A stretch of 64,000 bases of DNA from Actinomycetota bacterium (GTDB taxonomy: Bacteria > Actinomycetota > Acidimicrobiia > Acidimicrobiales > Ilumatobacteraceae). A program made the translations under genes and the position numbers. The DNA lies in the NCBI GenBank assembly GCA_041180605.1, contig JBEGRF010000051.1, forward strand, positions 36,421-100,420. Reading direction: 5' to 3'. Shown here piece after piece: positions 20,758 to 30,675 of the stretch; the stretch's first letter is position 1; every line of letters begins with the position of its first letter. The notes beneath the pieces are model-generated. The model ran no database searches and was not told the origin of the DNA. It saw nothing but the letters and a program-made list of their open reading frames with translations.

Positions 20758-20794
20758 CCGCACACAATCACACGCAACGACCAAAGGAACTTCC

Positions 20795-21232
20795 ATGGCA
20801 GACAACACCATCACCCTCGTCGGCAACCTCACCCGCGACCCCGAACTTCGCTTCACCGCCAACGGTCGCGCGGTCGCCTCGTTCGGCATTGCCGTCGGTC
20901 GTCGCTACCAAGTGAACGGCGAATGGCAAGAGCAGACCTCTTACTTCAACGTCACCGCCTGGGGCGACCTCGGCGAGAACGCCGCAGCGTCGCTCTCCAA
21001 GGGCACGCGCATCGTCGTGACCGGCCGTCTCGAGCAGCGGGAGTACACCACCCGTGAGGGCGACAAGCGCACCGCGATCGATGTGATCGCCGACGAACTC
21101 GGGCCGAGCCTGCGTTGGGCAACTGCCCAAGTCGAGCGCACCGCGCGCAAAGAAGGCGGTGCGAAGAAGACTGGCGGCGGCGCCAACCCCGCCGGCGACG
21201 TCCCTCCATTCGAGGGCGAAGAGCCGTTCTGA
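20795..21232 (+). CDS. ssb: Single-stranded DNA-binding protein
   Basis: ATG 20795. MADNTITLVGNLTRDPELRFTANGRAVASFGIAV (OB fold), Gly-rich linker and acidic tail FEGEEPF. Confidence 0.95.
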   Translation: MADNTITLVGNLTRDPELRFTANGRAVASFGIAVGRRYQVNGEWQEQTSYFNVTAWGDLGENAAASLSKGTRIVVTGRLEQREYTTREGDKRTAIDVIADELGPSLRWATAQVERTARKEGGAKKTGGGANPAGDVPPFEGEEPF

Positions 21233-21273
21233 AGTAAAGATCACCAACCAACCGATCACGAAAGCACCCGAAC

Positions 21274-21690
21274 ATGACCAGCAAAAAGAACAAACTCCGC
21301 GCCGCCAAACTGCTGCAGCGCCGCTACAAGAAGAAGCCCAACCCGCTCAACCCGGAGGGCATCGACTACATCGATTACAAAGACGTGAACCTCCTGCAGC
21401 GATTCATGAGCGACCGCTCGAAACTGAAGGCTCGCCGCATGACCGGCGCCGACGTGCAACAGCAGCGTGAAATCGCAACCGCCGTGAAGAATGCCCGCGA
21501 GATGGCGCTTCTGCCATACACCAAGCGCGTCGCCGGACTGCGAGGACCGCGCAACCGCGATGACGATCGCGAAGAGCGTGGCGGCGTGAGCCGTGACGTC
21601 GTTGAGCGTTACGCGAACATCCCCGACGCCCCTGGCGCCGCGGCGGACGTTCCGGCCGACGCAGCCACACCAGCACCCGCGCAGGACTGA
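21274..21690 (+). CDS. rpsR: 30S ribosomal protein S18 with ~50-aa acidic/Pro-Ala C-terminal extension
   Basis: Core [53 protein letters not shown]. The ORF runs to 138 aa. Confidence 0.92.
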   Translation: MTSKKNKLRAAKLLQRRYKKKPNPLNPEGIDYIDYKDVNLLQRFMSDRSKLKARRMTGADVQQQREIATAVKNAREMALLPYTKRVAGLRGPRNRDDDREERGGVSRDVVERYANIPDAPGAAADVPADAATPAPAQD

Positions 21691-21694
21691 CGTC

Positions 21695-22141
21695 GTGCAG
21701 GTGCTTCTGCGCCGCGACGTGAAGGGCATCGGGCGCCGTGGTGACATCGTCAACGTGTCGTCGGGGCATGCCCGCAACTTCCTGATTCCCAACGGACTCG
21801 CCGTCGAGGCGACCGACGGCGCCGTGGCGCAAGCCGAGACCTTGAAGAAGTCGCGCGACCTGCGCGAGGCTGCCGACCGCGAATCTGCACGGGCGATCGC
21901 CGCCACGTTCGCCGAGTCACCCTTGGTCGTCACCGCCAAAGCAGGGGCCACCGGCAAGCTGTTCGGCTCGGTCACTGCCGCCGACATCGTCGAAGCGGTC
22001 GAGCGACAATTCCACGTCGTGGTCGAACGCAAGCATGTTTCGATCGAGTCACCGATCCGCGAGGTCGGTACCCACAAGGTGACCGTCGCCCTGTTTGGCG
22101 ACGTGCGCGGCACACTGAACGTCGACGTGCGCGCCAGCTGA
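21695..22141 (+). CDS. rplI: 50S ribosomal protein L9
   Basis: GTG 21695 gives MQVLLRRDVKGIGRRGDIVNVSSGHARNFLIPNGLA, a typical L9 N-terminus. The longer ORF from 21593 overlaps rpsR. Confidence 0.92.
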   Translation: MQVLLRRDVKGIGRRGDIVNVSSGHARNFLIPNGLAVEATDGAVAQAETLKKSRDLREAADRESARAIAATFAESPLVVTAKAGATGKLFGSVTAADIVEAVERQFHVVVERKHVSIESPIREVGTHKVTVALFGDVRGTLNVDVRAS

Positions 22142-22186
22142 GCTTGCCCCGACACACCTGCGCCCTCGGCGCACACCCCGGCACTA

Positions 22187-22195
22187 TTGTCCACA
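22187..22195 (+). promoter_or_regulatory. Perfect actinobacterial-type DnaA box upstream of dnaB
   Basis: TTGTCCACA at 22187-22195. Weaker box-like TCATCCACC (22220-22228) and ACATCCACG (22231-22239) follow. Confidence 0.4.
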
Positions 22196-22298
22196 GCGTG
22201 TACACAGGCTGACCACAAGTCATCCACCGCACATCCACGTGCAAATCACAGGGTTGTTCCCCTTGTGATCAACAGGCCAGACGAACGAAGGTAGAAGG

Positions 22299-23678
22299 GT
22301 GACGATCACCGATATCCGCCGCGGCGACGCCGAGGGCGGCAAGCCGCGCATCCCGCCGCACAACGTGGACGCCGAAGCGTCGTTGCTCGGCGCGATGATG
22401 TTGTCGGAAGAAGCGATCGCGACCGCACTCGAAATCGGCCTCAGCGACCAGGATTTCTACAAACCTGCGCACCGAAGCGTCTTCGATGCGATTCGCTCAC
22501 TCAGCATCGCCGGCGAACCAGTCGACCCAGTCACTGTCGGCGAAGAGTTGCGCAAAGCGGCGAAGTTGGAGGGCATCGGCGGACTCGACGCGCTCATGCG
22601 GCTGCAGAATGCGACCCCGGCCATCTCGAGCGCCGAGCGATACGCGAAGATCGTCCGTGATGCTGCCAAGTTGCGCCGCGTCATCACCGCTGCGGCAGCC
22701 ATCGCCGAGATCGCATACAGCGAGCCTCCCGACGTCGACCAAGCACTCGACGAAGCCGAGAGCAAGATCTACGACGTCTCCGCAGGAAAGTTGAACGAGG
22801 GAGCCCAGCAACTCAGCGAACTGCTGACCCAGTCGCTTGAGACCATCGAAGAACGCTGGAACAACCCGAACTCGATGACCGGCGTGCCGACGGGCTTCAA
22901 CAAACTCGACGAACTGTTGCTCGGCTTGCAGCCAGGCGCACTGCACGTGATCGGTGCACGACCCGGCATGGGCAAGAGCGCCCTTGCTCTCAACATGGCG
23001 GTCAACGTGGCGCGCAACACGATGCGGCCAGTCATCTTCTTCAGCCTCGAAATGAGCGCCTACGAACTGTCGCAACGCGTTCTCGCGAGCGAAGCGAGCG
23101 TGCCGTCGGAAGTGCTGCGCGGTGCGGCACCGAGCGAACGCCAGTGGACAGAGATCGGTCGCGCGGTCGGCCGACTCGACATCCCGCTTATCATCGACGA
23201 CTCGCCCTCGACTTCCGTCGGTTCGATGCGGGCGCGAGCGCGACGCGTGCGGCTCGCGCAAGGCGATCTCGCGCTCATCGTCATCGACTACCTGCAGTTG
23301 ATGGGCGGCGATGCCAAGGTGGAGAACCGCCAGCTTGAAGTGAGCGACATCAGCCGCAACCTGAAATTGATGGCCCGCGAATTCAACGTGCCGATCGTGG
23401 CGCTCAGCCAGTTGAGCCGCAATCTGGAGAACCGCGGCGACAAGCGACCGAACCTCTCCGACCTGCGAGAGTCAGGCGCCATCGAGCAGGACGCCGACGT
23501 CGTCATGTTCATCTATCGCGGCGAGGCAGCCGGCGACTCCACTGCGGCACGCGGCACCGCCGACTTGATCGTCGCCAAGCACCGCGCCGGTCGCACCGAC
23601 ACCGTGAAACTCGCGTGGATCGAACCGTTCACTCGCTTCGAGAACTTCTTCGAAGGCACGTCCTCACCGAGCATCTAG
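22299..23678 (+). CDS. dnaB: Replicative DNA helicase DnaB (no intein)
   Basis: 459 aa. PPHNVDAEASLLGAMML, Walker A GARPGMGKSALALN, and ...IVALSQLSRNLENRGDKRPNLSDLRESGAIEQDADVV. Confidence 0.96.
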   Translation: MTITDIRRGDAEGGKPRIPPHNVDAEASLLGAMMLSEEAIATALEIGLSDQDFYKPAHRSVFDAIRSLSIAGEPVDPVTVGEELRKAAKLEGIGGLDALMRLQNATPAISSAERYAKIVRDAAKLRRVITAAAAIAEIAYSEPPDVDQALDEAESKIYDVSAGKLNEGAQQLSELLTQSLETIEERWNNPNSMTGVPTGFNKLDELLLGLQPGALHVIGARPGMGKSALALNMAVNVARNTMRPVIFFSLEMSAYELSQRVLASEASVPSEVLRGAAPSERQWTEIGRAVGRLDIPLIIDDSPSTSVGSMRARARRVRLAQGDLALIVIDYLQLMGGDAKVENRQLEVSDISRNLKLMAREFNVPIVALSQLSRNLENRGDKRPNLSDLRESGAIEQDADVVMFIYRGEAAGDSTAARGTADLIVAKHRAGRTDTVKLAWIEPFTRFENFFEGTSSPSI

Positions 23679-23693
23679 TCGGGAGGCAGCACG

Positions 23694-23906
23694 ATGTTCC
23701 TCGGAGAAGACCTCCTCGCGTGGCTATTGCTCGCTTTCGGCGGCGCGATGTTCGTCGGCAACCTGGCCGCGGTGTTGCGCCCGCGCGAAGCACCACGTGA
23801 AGAAGGAGAACTGACTCAAGCCCCCAAGGCACGCAGCATCGCGATGGCGTTGCTCGGTCTCGTTGCAGCCGCATGGGCGTTGTTCACTCTGCTTGCCACC
23901 GGCTGA
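23694..23906 (+). CDS. Small two-TM membrane protein
   Basis: 70-aa ORF, ATG 23694 after GGGAGG. Hydrophobic N- and C-terminal segments. Its codon composition still looks high-GC, unlike the DNA that follows. Confidence 0.55.
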   Translation: MFLGEDLLAWLLLAFGGAMFVGNLAAVLRPREAPREEGELTQAPKARSIAMALLGLVAAAWALFTLLATG

Positions 23907-25354
23907 CTCCGATCACCTTATTGAGCAGGTGTTCAAATTTCGCTGCATTTTGGTGTCCAACCGCCAAATCAATGTTGACTTGACCGCTCTCGTCTCCGAG
24001 CTGAATTCGGTGACATCCTTGTTCAGGAAGTTCAGGCAAGCAGACAAATCGCGAAATTGAGTTTTGCTTAATTGTCACAACACCTCCAACTGCTTAGCCG
24101 CTATGTTGATTCACGTGTCAAGTCTGCAGTTCAATGTCATTGATGTAGGTGCTCGTTATGGAATTCATCCCTCGCTGCGGCGTCTTATGGGAATGGTTCC
24201 AATCCACCTGTTTGAACCAGATCCAACAGAGTCGGAGAGACTCTCGGCACAGTATGCGTCGATTCGTGGAGTATCCGTTCATGCAGTTGCATTGGGTGTC
24301 GCAAGTAGCGCGAGACCGTTTGTACTTCGAGAACACCGAGGTCTTAGTGGATTTGCCGACATTTCACCCGACAACTCGAACTGGAAAATTCCGGTTCAGG
24401 GAGTGGGGGAGTTCGAGCATATACAAGTGGAAGTTCGGCCGCTTTCCGATTTCCTAATTGGTAAGCCTGCAATTATCAAACTTGATACCGAGGGTAGCGA
24501 GTTTGAAATACTCGTCTCCGCGGGAGAGCAATTGCGAAATGTGACTGCAATCCGGCTTGAATTCAATATGAGGGCGCTATGGAGCACGGGGACCAGCTTC
24601 GCCAAGCTGGATGCTTTTTTGGCCGAGCAAGGATTCGTGTTTACTAATTTTGATTCTCCGCCAAACGGCTCGATCTTCGGTCGACTTCCACTGCCCGGAA
24701 GCAAGGGACAGTTGATTGCCGGCGATGGTTTGTGGGTGCGCGAACAAAGGGAATCGACTTTAAGTGACCCAGAGCTTTTCTGTCGCTCGTTCTTCTTTTA
24801 TTTGAACGGCCTCGAGGGATTGGGACTTGAGGACGTATCAAAACTGTCAGAAGATGCGAGGGTGAGCCTTATCTGCTCTGAGCATTCTTCGCTTGAGGCT
24901 CTGCTGTACGCACTTGTGCTTCAACATCTTCTATCTGCGCGGCTTTACCCACACTTCGGGGCTTCGGCAGTTGAATCTGAGCACTTGAATCTCTTTGGCC
25001 GTCCGATTCCTGGGCGCGAAATCCTCTTTCAGCGTCTCCACCAAGCGGGACTAAATGTTGAGTAGTCGTAGCGCCAGAGGGCAGACCAAAGAAAAATCTA
25101 GGCTCATGACAAATCTAGGTCCTAGCCTTTGGTCGCAGTCTTGAACTTGTAAACTCAAGGTTAAGTACCTGATAGATCCTATCGCACTTGGTGAACACCT
25201 CCTGAATTGTCGTGCTTGTACGCACCGCGGAACTTCATTTGTGAACCAGATGGCAAGGCTCAGGCGTGTGCGAGATCTCGGCTCAGGGTCGCCTGCAGTC
25301 ATAGGCAAATTCGTGGGACCGCACACAATCCGAAGAATTACTGTTTTGGATCGG
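23907..25354. other. AT-richer islet (probable horizontally acquired remnant) abutting the 3' end of tRNA-Gly
   Basis: Base composition shifts abruptly (for example ttattgagcaggtgttcaaatttcgctgcattttggtg), judged by eye. It contains one convincing gene (FkbM-type methyltransferase) and about 290 bp of non-coding DNA with a short direct repeat AAATCTAGG x2 at about 25094-25120. No integrase or att repeat was seen. Confidence 0.6.
24103..25065 (+). CDS. FkbM family methyltransferase with ~110-aa C-terminal extension
   Basis: ORF 24064..25065; ATG 24103 preferred. Motifs VIDVGARYG, HLFEPDP, AVALG, and IIKLDTEGSEFEILVSAGEQL...IRLEF are typical of Methyltransf_21/FkbM. Confidence 0.8.
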   Translation: MLIHVSSLQFNVIDVGARYGIHPSLRRLMGMVPIHLFEPDPTESERLSAQYASIRGVSVHAVALGVASSARPFVLREHRGLSGFADISPDNSNWKIPVQGVGEFEHIQVEVRPLSDFLIGKPAIIKLDTEGSEFEILVSAGEQLRNVTAIRLEFNMRALWSTGTSFAKLDAFLAEQGFVFTNFDSPPNGSIFGRLPLPGSKGQLIAGDGLWVREQRESTLSDPELFCRSFFFYLNGLEGLGLEDVSKLSEDARVSLICSEHSSLEALLYALVLQHLLSARLYPHFGASAVESEHLNLFGRPIPGREILFQRLHQAGLNVE

Positions 25355-25425
25355 AGCGGGTGACGGGAATCGAACCCGCGTTCTCAACTTGGGAAGCTGA
25401 TGTTCTGCCATTGAACTACACCCGC
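25355..25425 (-). tRNA. tRNA-Gly (anticodon CCC)
   Basis: Reverse complement GCGGGTGTAGTTCAATGGCAGAACATCAGCTTCCCAAGTTGAGAACGCGGGTTCGATTCCCGTCACCCGCT. It folds as a cloverleaf with anticodon loop TTCCCAA and T-loop GGTTCGATTCC. CCA is not encoded. Confidence 0.9.
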
Positions 25426-25508
25426 CGGCGGCGCTGCACCAGCGTCATCTCGAAGCGTACCAACGTCGCTTCTCGGCGAATTCTGCGTCTTACTAAGGTT
25501 GGTGCGCC

Positions 25509-26072
25509 GTGATCCTCTCTGATCGCTCCATCCGCGAAGCAATGACGGCCAAGCGCATCATCATCGACCCGTTCGACGAAGCGTGCCTGCAACCGTCGTC
25601 GATCGACGTGAAAGTGTCCAATCTCTTCCGCGTGTTCCGCAACCACACGACTGCTCTCATCGACGTGAAGAAGGATCTCACCGACCTGACCGAATTGGTG
25701 GAGATGAAAGGCGATGAACCGTTCGTCTTGCATCCGGGCGAGTTCGTGCTCGGCTCCACGCTCGAGCGAGTGGCGATCGCGAACGACCTCGTGGCGCGCG
25801 TCGAGGGCAAGAGCTCGCTCGGCCGGCTCGGTCTGCTCATCCATTCGACCGCCGGATTCATCGATGCGGGGTTTGACGGCCACATCACGTTGGAGTTGTC
25901 GAACGTGGCGAACCTTCCGATCACGATCTACCCGTCGATGAAGATCGGCCAAGTGAGTTTCATGACTATGACGACGCCGGCCGACAAGCCGTACGGCTCA
26001 GGGGCTCGCGGCTCGAAGTACCAAGGCCAGCGCGGCCCGACGCCGAGCCGCTACTTCGAAAACTTCCGCTGA
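25509..26072 (+). CDS. dcd: dCTP deaminase
   Basis: 187 aa. [12 protein letters not shown]...[18 protein letters not shown]...[32 protein letters not shown]. Confidence 0.95.
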   Translation: MILSDRSIREAMTAKRIIIDPFDEACLQPSSIDVKVSNLFRVFRNHTTALIDVKKDLTDLTELVEMKGDEPFVLHPGEFVLGSTLERVAIANDLVARVEGKSSLGRLGLLIHSTAGFIDAGFDGHITLELSNVANLPITIYPSMKIGQVSFMTMTTPADKPYGSGARGSKYQGQRGPTPSRYFENFR

Positions 26073-28333
26073 CCAAGCGGTGCTTGGAGCGCGGATGCTG
26101 AACGTTCGCCGTTCTCGATCGCCTCGAGCACGTGGATGGCAATGTCACCCACTTTTACTTGCGACTCGTCCTTGCCCGCGCCTTTGACTCCGTCGTCGAG
26201 CATGATGTAGCAGAACGGGCAGGCGGTCGCCACGCGCGTCGCGCCAGTTGCAATCGCCTCGCGAGCGCGCTCGTCGTTCACTTTTACCCCGACGTTCTCT
26301 TCCATCCACATTCGCGCGCCGCCTGCGCCGCAGCACATGCCCTTGGTGCCGTTGCGCGGCATCTCCACCACTTGGATGCCCTTGATCGAGCCGACCACCT
26401 TTCGCGGCGCCAAGTACACGTCATTGTGGCGGCCGAGATAGCACGAGTCGTGGTAGGTAATGCGATCGTCGAGTGACGCGTTGCTCATGTCGAGTCGTCC
26501 GGTGGCAATGAGGTCTTCGAGCAACTGCGTGTGGTGCACGACTTCGTAGTTGCCGCCGAGCTGGGGGTATTCGTTCTTCAAGGTGTTGAAGCAGTGCGGG
26601 CACTGCGTGATGATCTTACGCACGCCCATGCCGTTCAGCATCTCCACGTTCGGCGTGGCGAGCATCTGAAAGAGGTACTCGTTGCCGCTGCGTCGCGCAG
26701 AGTCGCCCGTGCACATCTCGCTCGGGCCGAGGATCGCCACGTCGATGCCGGCGCGCTTCAACAACTTGGCCATCGCCTGCGTGACCTTCTTGTTCTTGTC
26801 GTCGAACGAGCCTGCGCAACCCACCCAGTACAAGTACTCGTGGGTGAGCGGCGATCCGGGGTCGAGCACCGTCACATCAAGACCTTTCGCCCACGCCGCG
26901 CGGTCGCCTTGGTTCATGCCCCACGGGTTGCCTTGGTTCTCCATGGCGCGGTAGGCGTTGCCGAGCTCGGCGGGGAAGTTGCTCTCCATCAGCGAGAGAT
27001 ATCGGCGCATGTCGAGGATCTTGTCGAGGATCTCGATGTTCACCGGGCAGATTTCGTCGCAGGCCTTGCACGACGTGCACGACCAGACCTCCTCGGCGGT
27101 GATGCGCTCGAACACCGAGTTCGCACTGACAGTGATCTCAGAGTCGACGCCGATGGGTGGGGACACCTTGCCGCCGGGCGCGTGCGCGGCAGTGGCGGCC
27201 ATCACTTCGCCGCTCTTCAGCACGATCTCGCGCGGGTCGAGCGGTTTGCCCGTGGCGTGCGCCGGGCACACGCTCGTGCACCGACCGCACATCGTGCAGG
27301 CATCGAGGTCAAGCAGCTGCTTCCACGTGAAACTTTCGACGGCGTTCACGCCAAACGACTCGAGCGAGGTCTCGGCGAGGTTGGGCATCGCGCGCATCGC
27401 GCCCTTCGGTCGCTCGCGGTCGCGCAAGTACATGTTGAGTGGTGAGGTGAAGATGTGGCGCAGCATCGTGATGGGCAGCAACGCCAGGAACGCGACGAAT
27501 GTGACGACATGGAACACCCACCACCCCTGGTGCCACGTCTCCAACGTGTCGAGCGACAGGCCGTTCACGGTCTGGGCGAGCGGCCAACCGACCACGCTCC
27601 AACGCTCGTAGTCGACGTTCTTGCCGGCGGCTTGCTCGGCGGCGATTCGGAACATCTCGGTGGCGAACCCGCCCACGCCGATGGAGAGCAAGACGCCGAG
27701 GATCCATGCGTGCTCGGGCTTCGACTTGATGCGGATGCGATACGGCTTCTGCACGTAACGGCGAAGGATCGCCCACACGACGCCGGCGGTGAAGACGACA
27801 CCAGCGATGTCGCCGACGAGGGCGTACCCGCGGTACACGTCGCCGTGCAAGAACTTGAGGGCCGGCGGCATCTGGTGGTCGACTTCGAGCACTGTCGTGA
27901 CGCCGAGCAGCACCAAGAAGCCGAAGTAGATCATCGAGTGCATCAAGCCGGCGGCGGAGTCGCGCAGCAGCGTGCGCATGTACACGCCGGCGCGGAAATC
28001 GGCGAGACGTCTCTTCAAGTTCTTTGTCGTCGTGCGGCGGTCGTCGGGCGCGCCGCGCTCCCAGTTGCGGATGCGGTCGGCAAAGCGCAGCGAGCCCCAG
28101 ATGAGCATCATCGGAATGACCGTGTAGAAGACGAGTTTGAGCGCCCCAGGAATGCCGCCGAACACTTGGCGGTGGACGGGCGAGTCGCTTTCCCACCCGG
28201 TGAGCGTCGGGACGACTCCCGATATCAGCGTGAAGATGCCGATGCCGCAGCCGAGGATGATCGACAGTTGGTAAGGCTTCAGTCGCTTGCGTACGGCAAC
28301 GGGCGCGGCGTCACCATGCATGGCGACCGCCAC
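26051..28333 (-). CDS. Membrane-anchored Fe-S / CCG-domain oxidoreductase (heterodisulfide-reductase-like, Rv0338c-type)
   Basis: 760 aa. N-terminal polytopic domain, two ferredoxin motifs [12 protein letters not shown] and [12 protein letters not shown], and Cys-rich CCG-type blocks [24 protein letters not shown]. Start is GTG 28333 or ATG 28321. Confidence 0.87.
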   Translation of the reverse strand: MAVAMHGDAAPVAVRKRLKPYQLSIILGCGIGIFTLISGVVPTLTGWESDSPVHRQVFGGIPGALKLVFYTVIPMMLIWGSLRFADRIRNWERGAPDDRRTTTKNLKRRLADFRAGVYMRTLLRDSAAGLMHSMIYFGFLVLLGVTTVLEVDHQMPPALKFLHGDVYRGYALVGDIAGVVFTAGVVWAILRRYVQKPYRIRIKSKPEHAWILGVLLSIGVGGFATEMFRIAAEQAAGKNVDYERWSVVGWPLAQTVNGLSLDTLETWHQGWWVFHVVTFVAFLALLPITMLRHIFTSPLNMYLRDRERPKGAMRAMPNLAETSLESFGVNAVESFTWKQLLDLDACTMCGRCTSVCPAHATGKPLDPREIVLKSGEVMAATAAHAPGGKVSPPIGVDSEITVSANSVFERITAEEVWSCTSCKACDEICPVNIEILDKILDMRRYLSLMESNFPAELGNAYRAMENQGNPWGMNQGDRAAWAKGLDVTVLDPGSPLTHEYLYWVGCAGSFDDKNKKVTQAMAKLLKRAGIDVAILGPSEMCTGDSARRSGNEYLFQMLATPNVEMLNGMGVRKIITQCPHCFNTLKNEYPQLGGNYEVVHHTQLLEDLIATGRLDMSNASLDDRITYHDSCYLGRHNDVYLAPRKVVGSIKGIQVVEMPRNGTKGMCCGAGGARMWMEENVGVKVNDERAREAIATGATRVATACPFCYIMLDDGVKGAGKDESQVKVGDIAIHVLEAIENGERSASALQAPLGQRKFSK

Positions 28334-28383
28334 GCTAGTTGTGGCGGAATTGGGCGTCGTGGCTCAGCCGACGACGAGAGAGT

Positions 28384-28827
28384 TCAGCCGACGGCGGCGC
28401 GGTCGAGGTCGCGCAGGCGCGAAGCGAGCGTCGAGAGCAGCTTGTGCGAGAGCGCCGGCACGTCGTCGAGCACGCCGTGGAAGTGGCGCTGGCTGATGAC
28501 GAGCACGTCACAGTCGGTGTCGCAGGTGACGGTGGCAGTGCGCGGACCGTGGTCGAGCAGGGCGAGCTCGCCGACCATCGAGCCGGCGCCGATCGCCGCA
28601 AGTTTCTTGCCGTTGCGCCGCACGGTGGCCTTGCCCTTCAGCACGATGAACGCTTCGCGACCCGGCTGACCCTGTTCAATGAGCACCCGACCCGCCTTGA
28701 ACGACACCGTGTCAGACACCTTGACGATTCGAGCAAGGTCTTTCTTCGAGCACGACGAAAAGAGGGGAACATGATGGAGCGTGGTGAGGGGATTGAGGGC
28801 GGTTGGCATGGCAATCACGGTACGCAC
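28384..28827 (-). CDS. Stand-alone cyclic-nucleotide-binding domain protein (no DNA-binding domain)
   Basis: 147 aa. VPLFSSCSKKDLARIVKVSDTVSFKAGRVLIEQGQPGREAFIVLKGKATV...GSMVGELALLDHGPRTATV. The start could be ATG 28809. Confidence 0.8.
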   Translation of the reverse strand: MRTVIAMPTALNPLTTLHHVPLFSSCSKKDLARIVKVSDTVSFKAGRVLIEQGQPGREAFIVLKGKATVRRNGKKLAAIGAGSMVGELALLDHGPRTATVTCDTDCDVLVISQRHFHGVLDDVPALSHKLLSTLASRLRDLDRAAVG

Positions 28828-28868
28828 GAATTCGTGCGAAGATGCACAAATTGCCGGTGAAGGTTGTC

Positions 28869-29690
28869 TCAGGTGCCGGCTTGCTTTGCGACGGCGTTCG
28901 TGGCCGCGGCAATCGCGTCAGCGTCACCGAGATACGAGACGGATGACACACGCAACTCGCTTCGAACACGATCGTCTTCGTTGCGCGGATGAAAGTCGTA
29001 CTTTCGGGGTACGCCAGTCGGGATGTTCATCTCTGCGATGTCGTCCCGCGTGATGTGTTCGAGATGCATTGCGAGTGCGCGCAGCGAGTTGCCGTGCGCG
29101 ACGACAAGCACGTTCTTGCCGTCCGCGAGCAGCGGCACGAGCACGTCGCGCCAGAACGGCACGACGCGAGCAACGACGTCTTTCAAGCACTCCGTCGCCG
29201 GCAACACCGACGGGTCGATGTGCGAATATCGGGGATCGTTTGCCGGATGCTCCGGACTGGAGCGTTCGACGGGAGGCGGCGGCACGTCGTAGCTGCGCCG
29301 CCACAACTTCGTTTGTTCCGCACCATGGCGCAGCGTGGTTTCTTTCTTGTCGAGACCCTGCAGCGCCCCATAGTGGCGCTCGTTGAGTCGCCAGTCGCTG
29401 CGGACGGTCAGGTCCGCCTGCCCGAGGGTGTTGAGTGTTCTTCGGTTGGTCTCGATTGCCCGCGACAAAAGAGACGTGTACACGATGTCGAAACGCAGCC
29501 CAGCCTCGCGCAACGTGCGACCCGCCGCGTCGGCCTCGGCTTCACCCTTGGCGCTGAGCGGCACGTCGTGCCAACCAGTGAAAAGGTTGAGTTCGTTCCA
29601 GGTGCTCTGGCCATGGCGTAGCACTACGAGCGTGCCGACGGGAGGAACGCTCGCAGCGGTAGGAACGTCTGGTTGCGAAGCGGCGTTCAC
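28869..29690 (-). CDS. gpmA: 2,3-bisphosphoglycerate-dependent phosphoglycerate mutase
   Basis: LVVLRHGQSTWNELNLFTGWHDVPLS, RLNERHYGALQGLDK, VVAHGNSLRAL. Confidence 0.93.
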   Translation of the reverse strand: MNAASQPDVPTAASVPPVGTLVVLRHGQSTWNELNLFTGWHDVPLSAKGEAEADAAGRTLREAGLRFDIVYTSLLSRAIETNRRTLNTLGQADLTVRSDWRLNERHYGALQGLDKKETTLRHGAEQTKLWRRSYDVPPPPVERSSPEHPANDPRYSHIDPSVLPATECLKDVVARVVPFWRDVLVPLLADGKNVLVVAHGNSLRALAMHLEHITRDDIAEMNIPTGVPRKYDFHPRNEDDRVRSELRVSSVSYLGDADAIAAATNAVAKQAGT

Positions 29691-29733
29691 GCGGCAAGGC
29701 TAGACCGCAGGATTCGCTGAGAAAGGCGCAGGA

Positions 29734-30633
29734 ATGACGACGAATGACGCTTTCGACGTGGTGGTCGTCGGCTCGGCGAATCTTGACCTCGTCGCGCGAA
29801 CGAAACGGCTTCCGCACCCCGGGGAGACGGTCTCTGCGCACGGATATTTCGAGGCGTGCGGCGGCAAAGGTGCCAATCAGGCGATCGCCGCCGCCCGTGC
29901 CGGTGCCCGCACGGCGTTCGTCGGAGCAGTCGGACGCGACGCCGCAGGCGACACCCTGCGTTCGGCGTTCGTGAATGACGGCGTCGATGTTGCACGCCTC
30001 TTGACGGTCGGAGCGCCGACTGGCCGCGCGCTCATCGGTGTGTCCGACGATGCAGAAAATCTCATCATCGTTGTGCCCGGGGCGAACCACGCTTTGTCGG
30101 TCGGCGACATCGATGCCGCCGCGCACGTCATCAGGCGAGCCCGCGTGTTGCTCATGCAACTTGAAGTGCCGCTCGCCGTCGTGCAGCGTGCAGCGTCGCT
30201 CGCCGGTGACGACACCATCGTCGTGCTCAACCCTGCCCCGGCCGCCGAACTTCCGGATGCACTGCTTGCGCAACTCGACGTGATCACGCCGAACGAGCAC
30301 GAAGTCGAGCTGTTGGGCGGGACTGAGTCGTTGCTCAACCGTGGTGTCGGGGCAGTGGTGGTGACCGAGGGACCGCGCGGTGCACGATTGGTGACGAAAG
30401 CCGGCAGCATCCGTGTGCCGCCGTACCCCGTGACACCGATTGATACGACGGGTGCAGGTGATGCATTCTGCGGAGCCTTGAGTGCTCGGCTGGCCCTTGA
30501 TGGTGGGCTCGATGCCCTGCCGAACGCCTTGCGAGCGGCCGCGGTCGCCGGGGCGCTCGCCACCACCGTGGAGGGTGCGGTGCCCTCGTTGCCGCGGTGG
30601 GCACGTATCGCGGCGGTGCTTCAAGGTCGGTAG
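29734..30633 (+). CDS. rbsK: Ribokinase / PfkB family sugar kinase
   Basis: VVVVGSANLDLV...GGKGANQAIAAARAG and DTTGAGDAFCGAL. 299 aa. Confidence 0.85.
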   Translation: MTTNDAFDVVVVGSANLDLVARTKRLPHPGETVSAHGYFEACGGKGANQAIAAARAGARTAFVGAVGRDAAGDTLRSAFVNDGVDVARLLTVGAPTGRALIGVSDDAENLIIVVPGANHALSVGDIDAAAHVIRRARVLLMQLEVPLAVVQRAASLAGDDTIVVLNPAPAAELPDALLAQLDVITPNEHEVELLGGTESLLNRGVGAVVVTEGPRGARLVTKAGSIRVPPYPVTPIDTTGAGDAFCGALSARLALDGGLDALPNALRAAAVAGALATTVEGAVPSLPRWARIAAVLQGR

Positions 30634-30675
30634 GTCTCCCAGTCCAGACAACCCTTCCTAGCACGTGACATAAAT

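Noticed and set aside
23884-24078. 64-codon minus-strand ORF at the left edge of the AT-richer islet.
   Set aside because: It is too short, overlaps the end of the small membrane gene, and has no start context I can support. It is kept only as a possible gene fragment in the islet finding.
29542-30651. 369-aa minus-strand ORF.
   Set aside because: It is antisense to the ribokinase gene, which carries diagnostic PfkB motifs. The product is Arg-rich and looks random.
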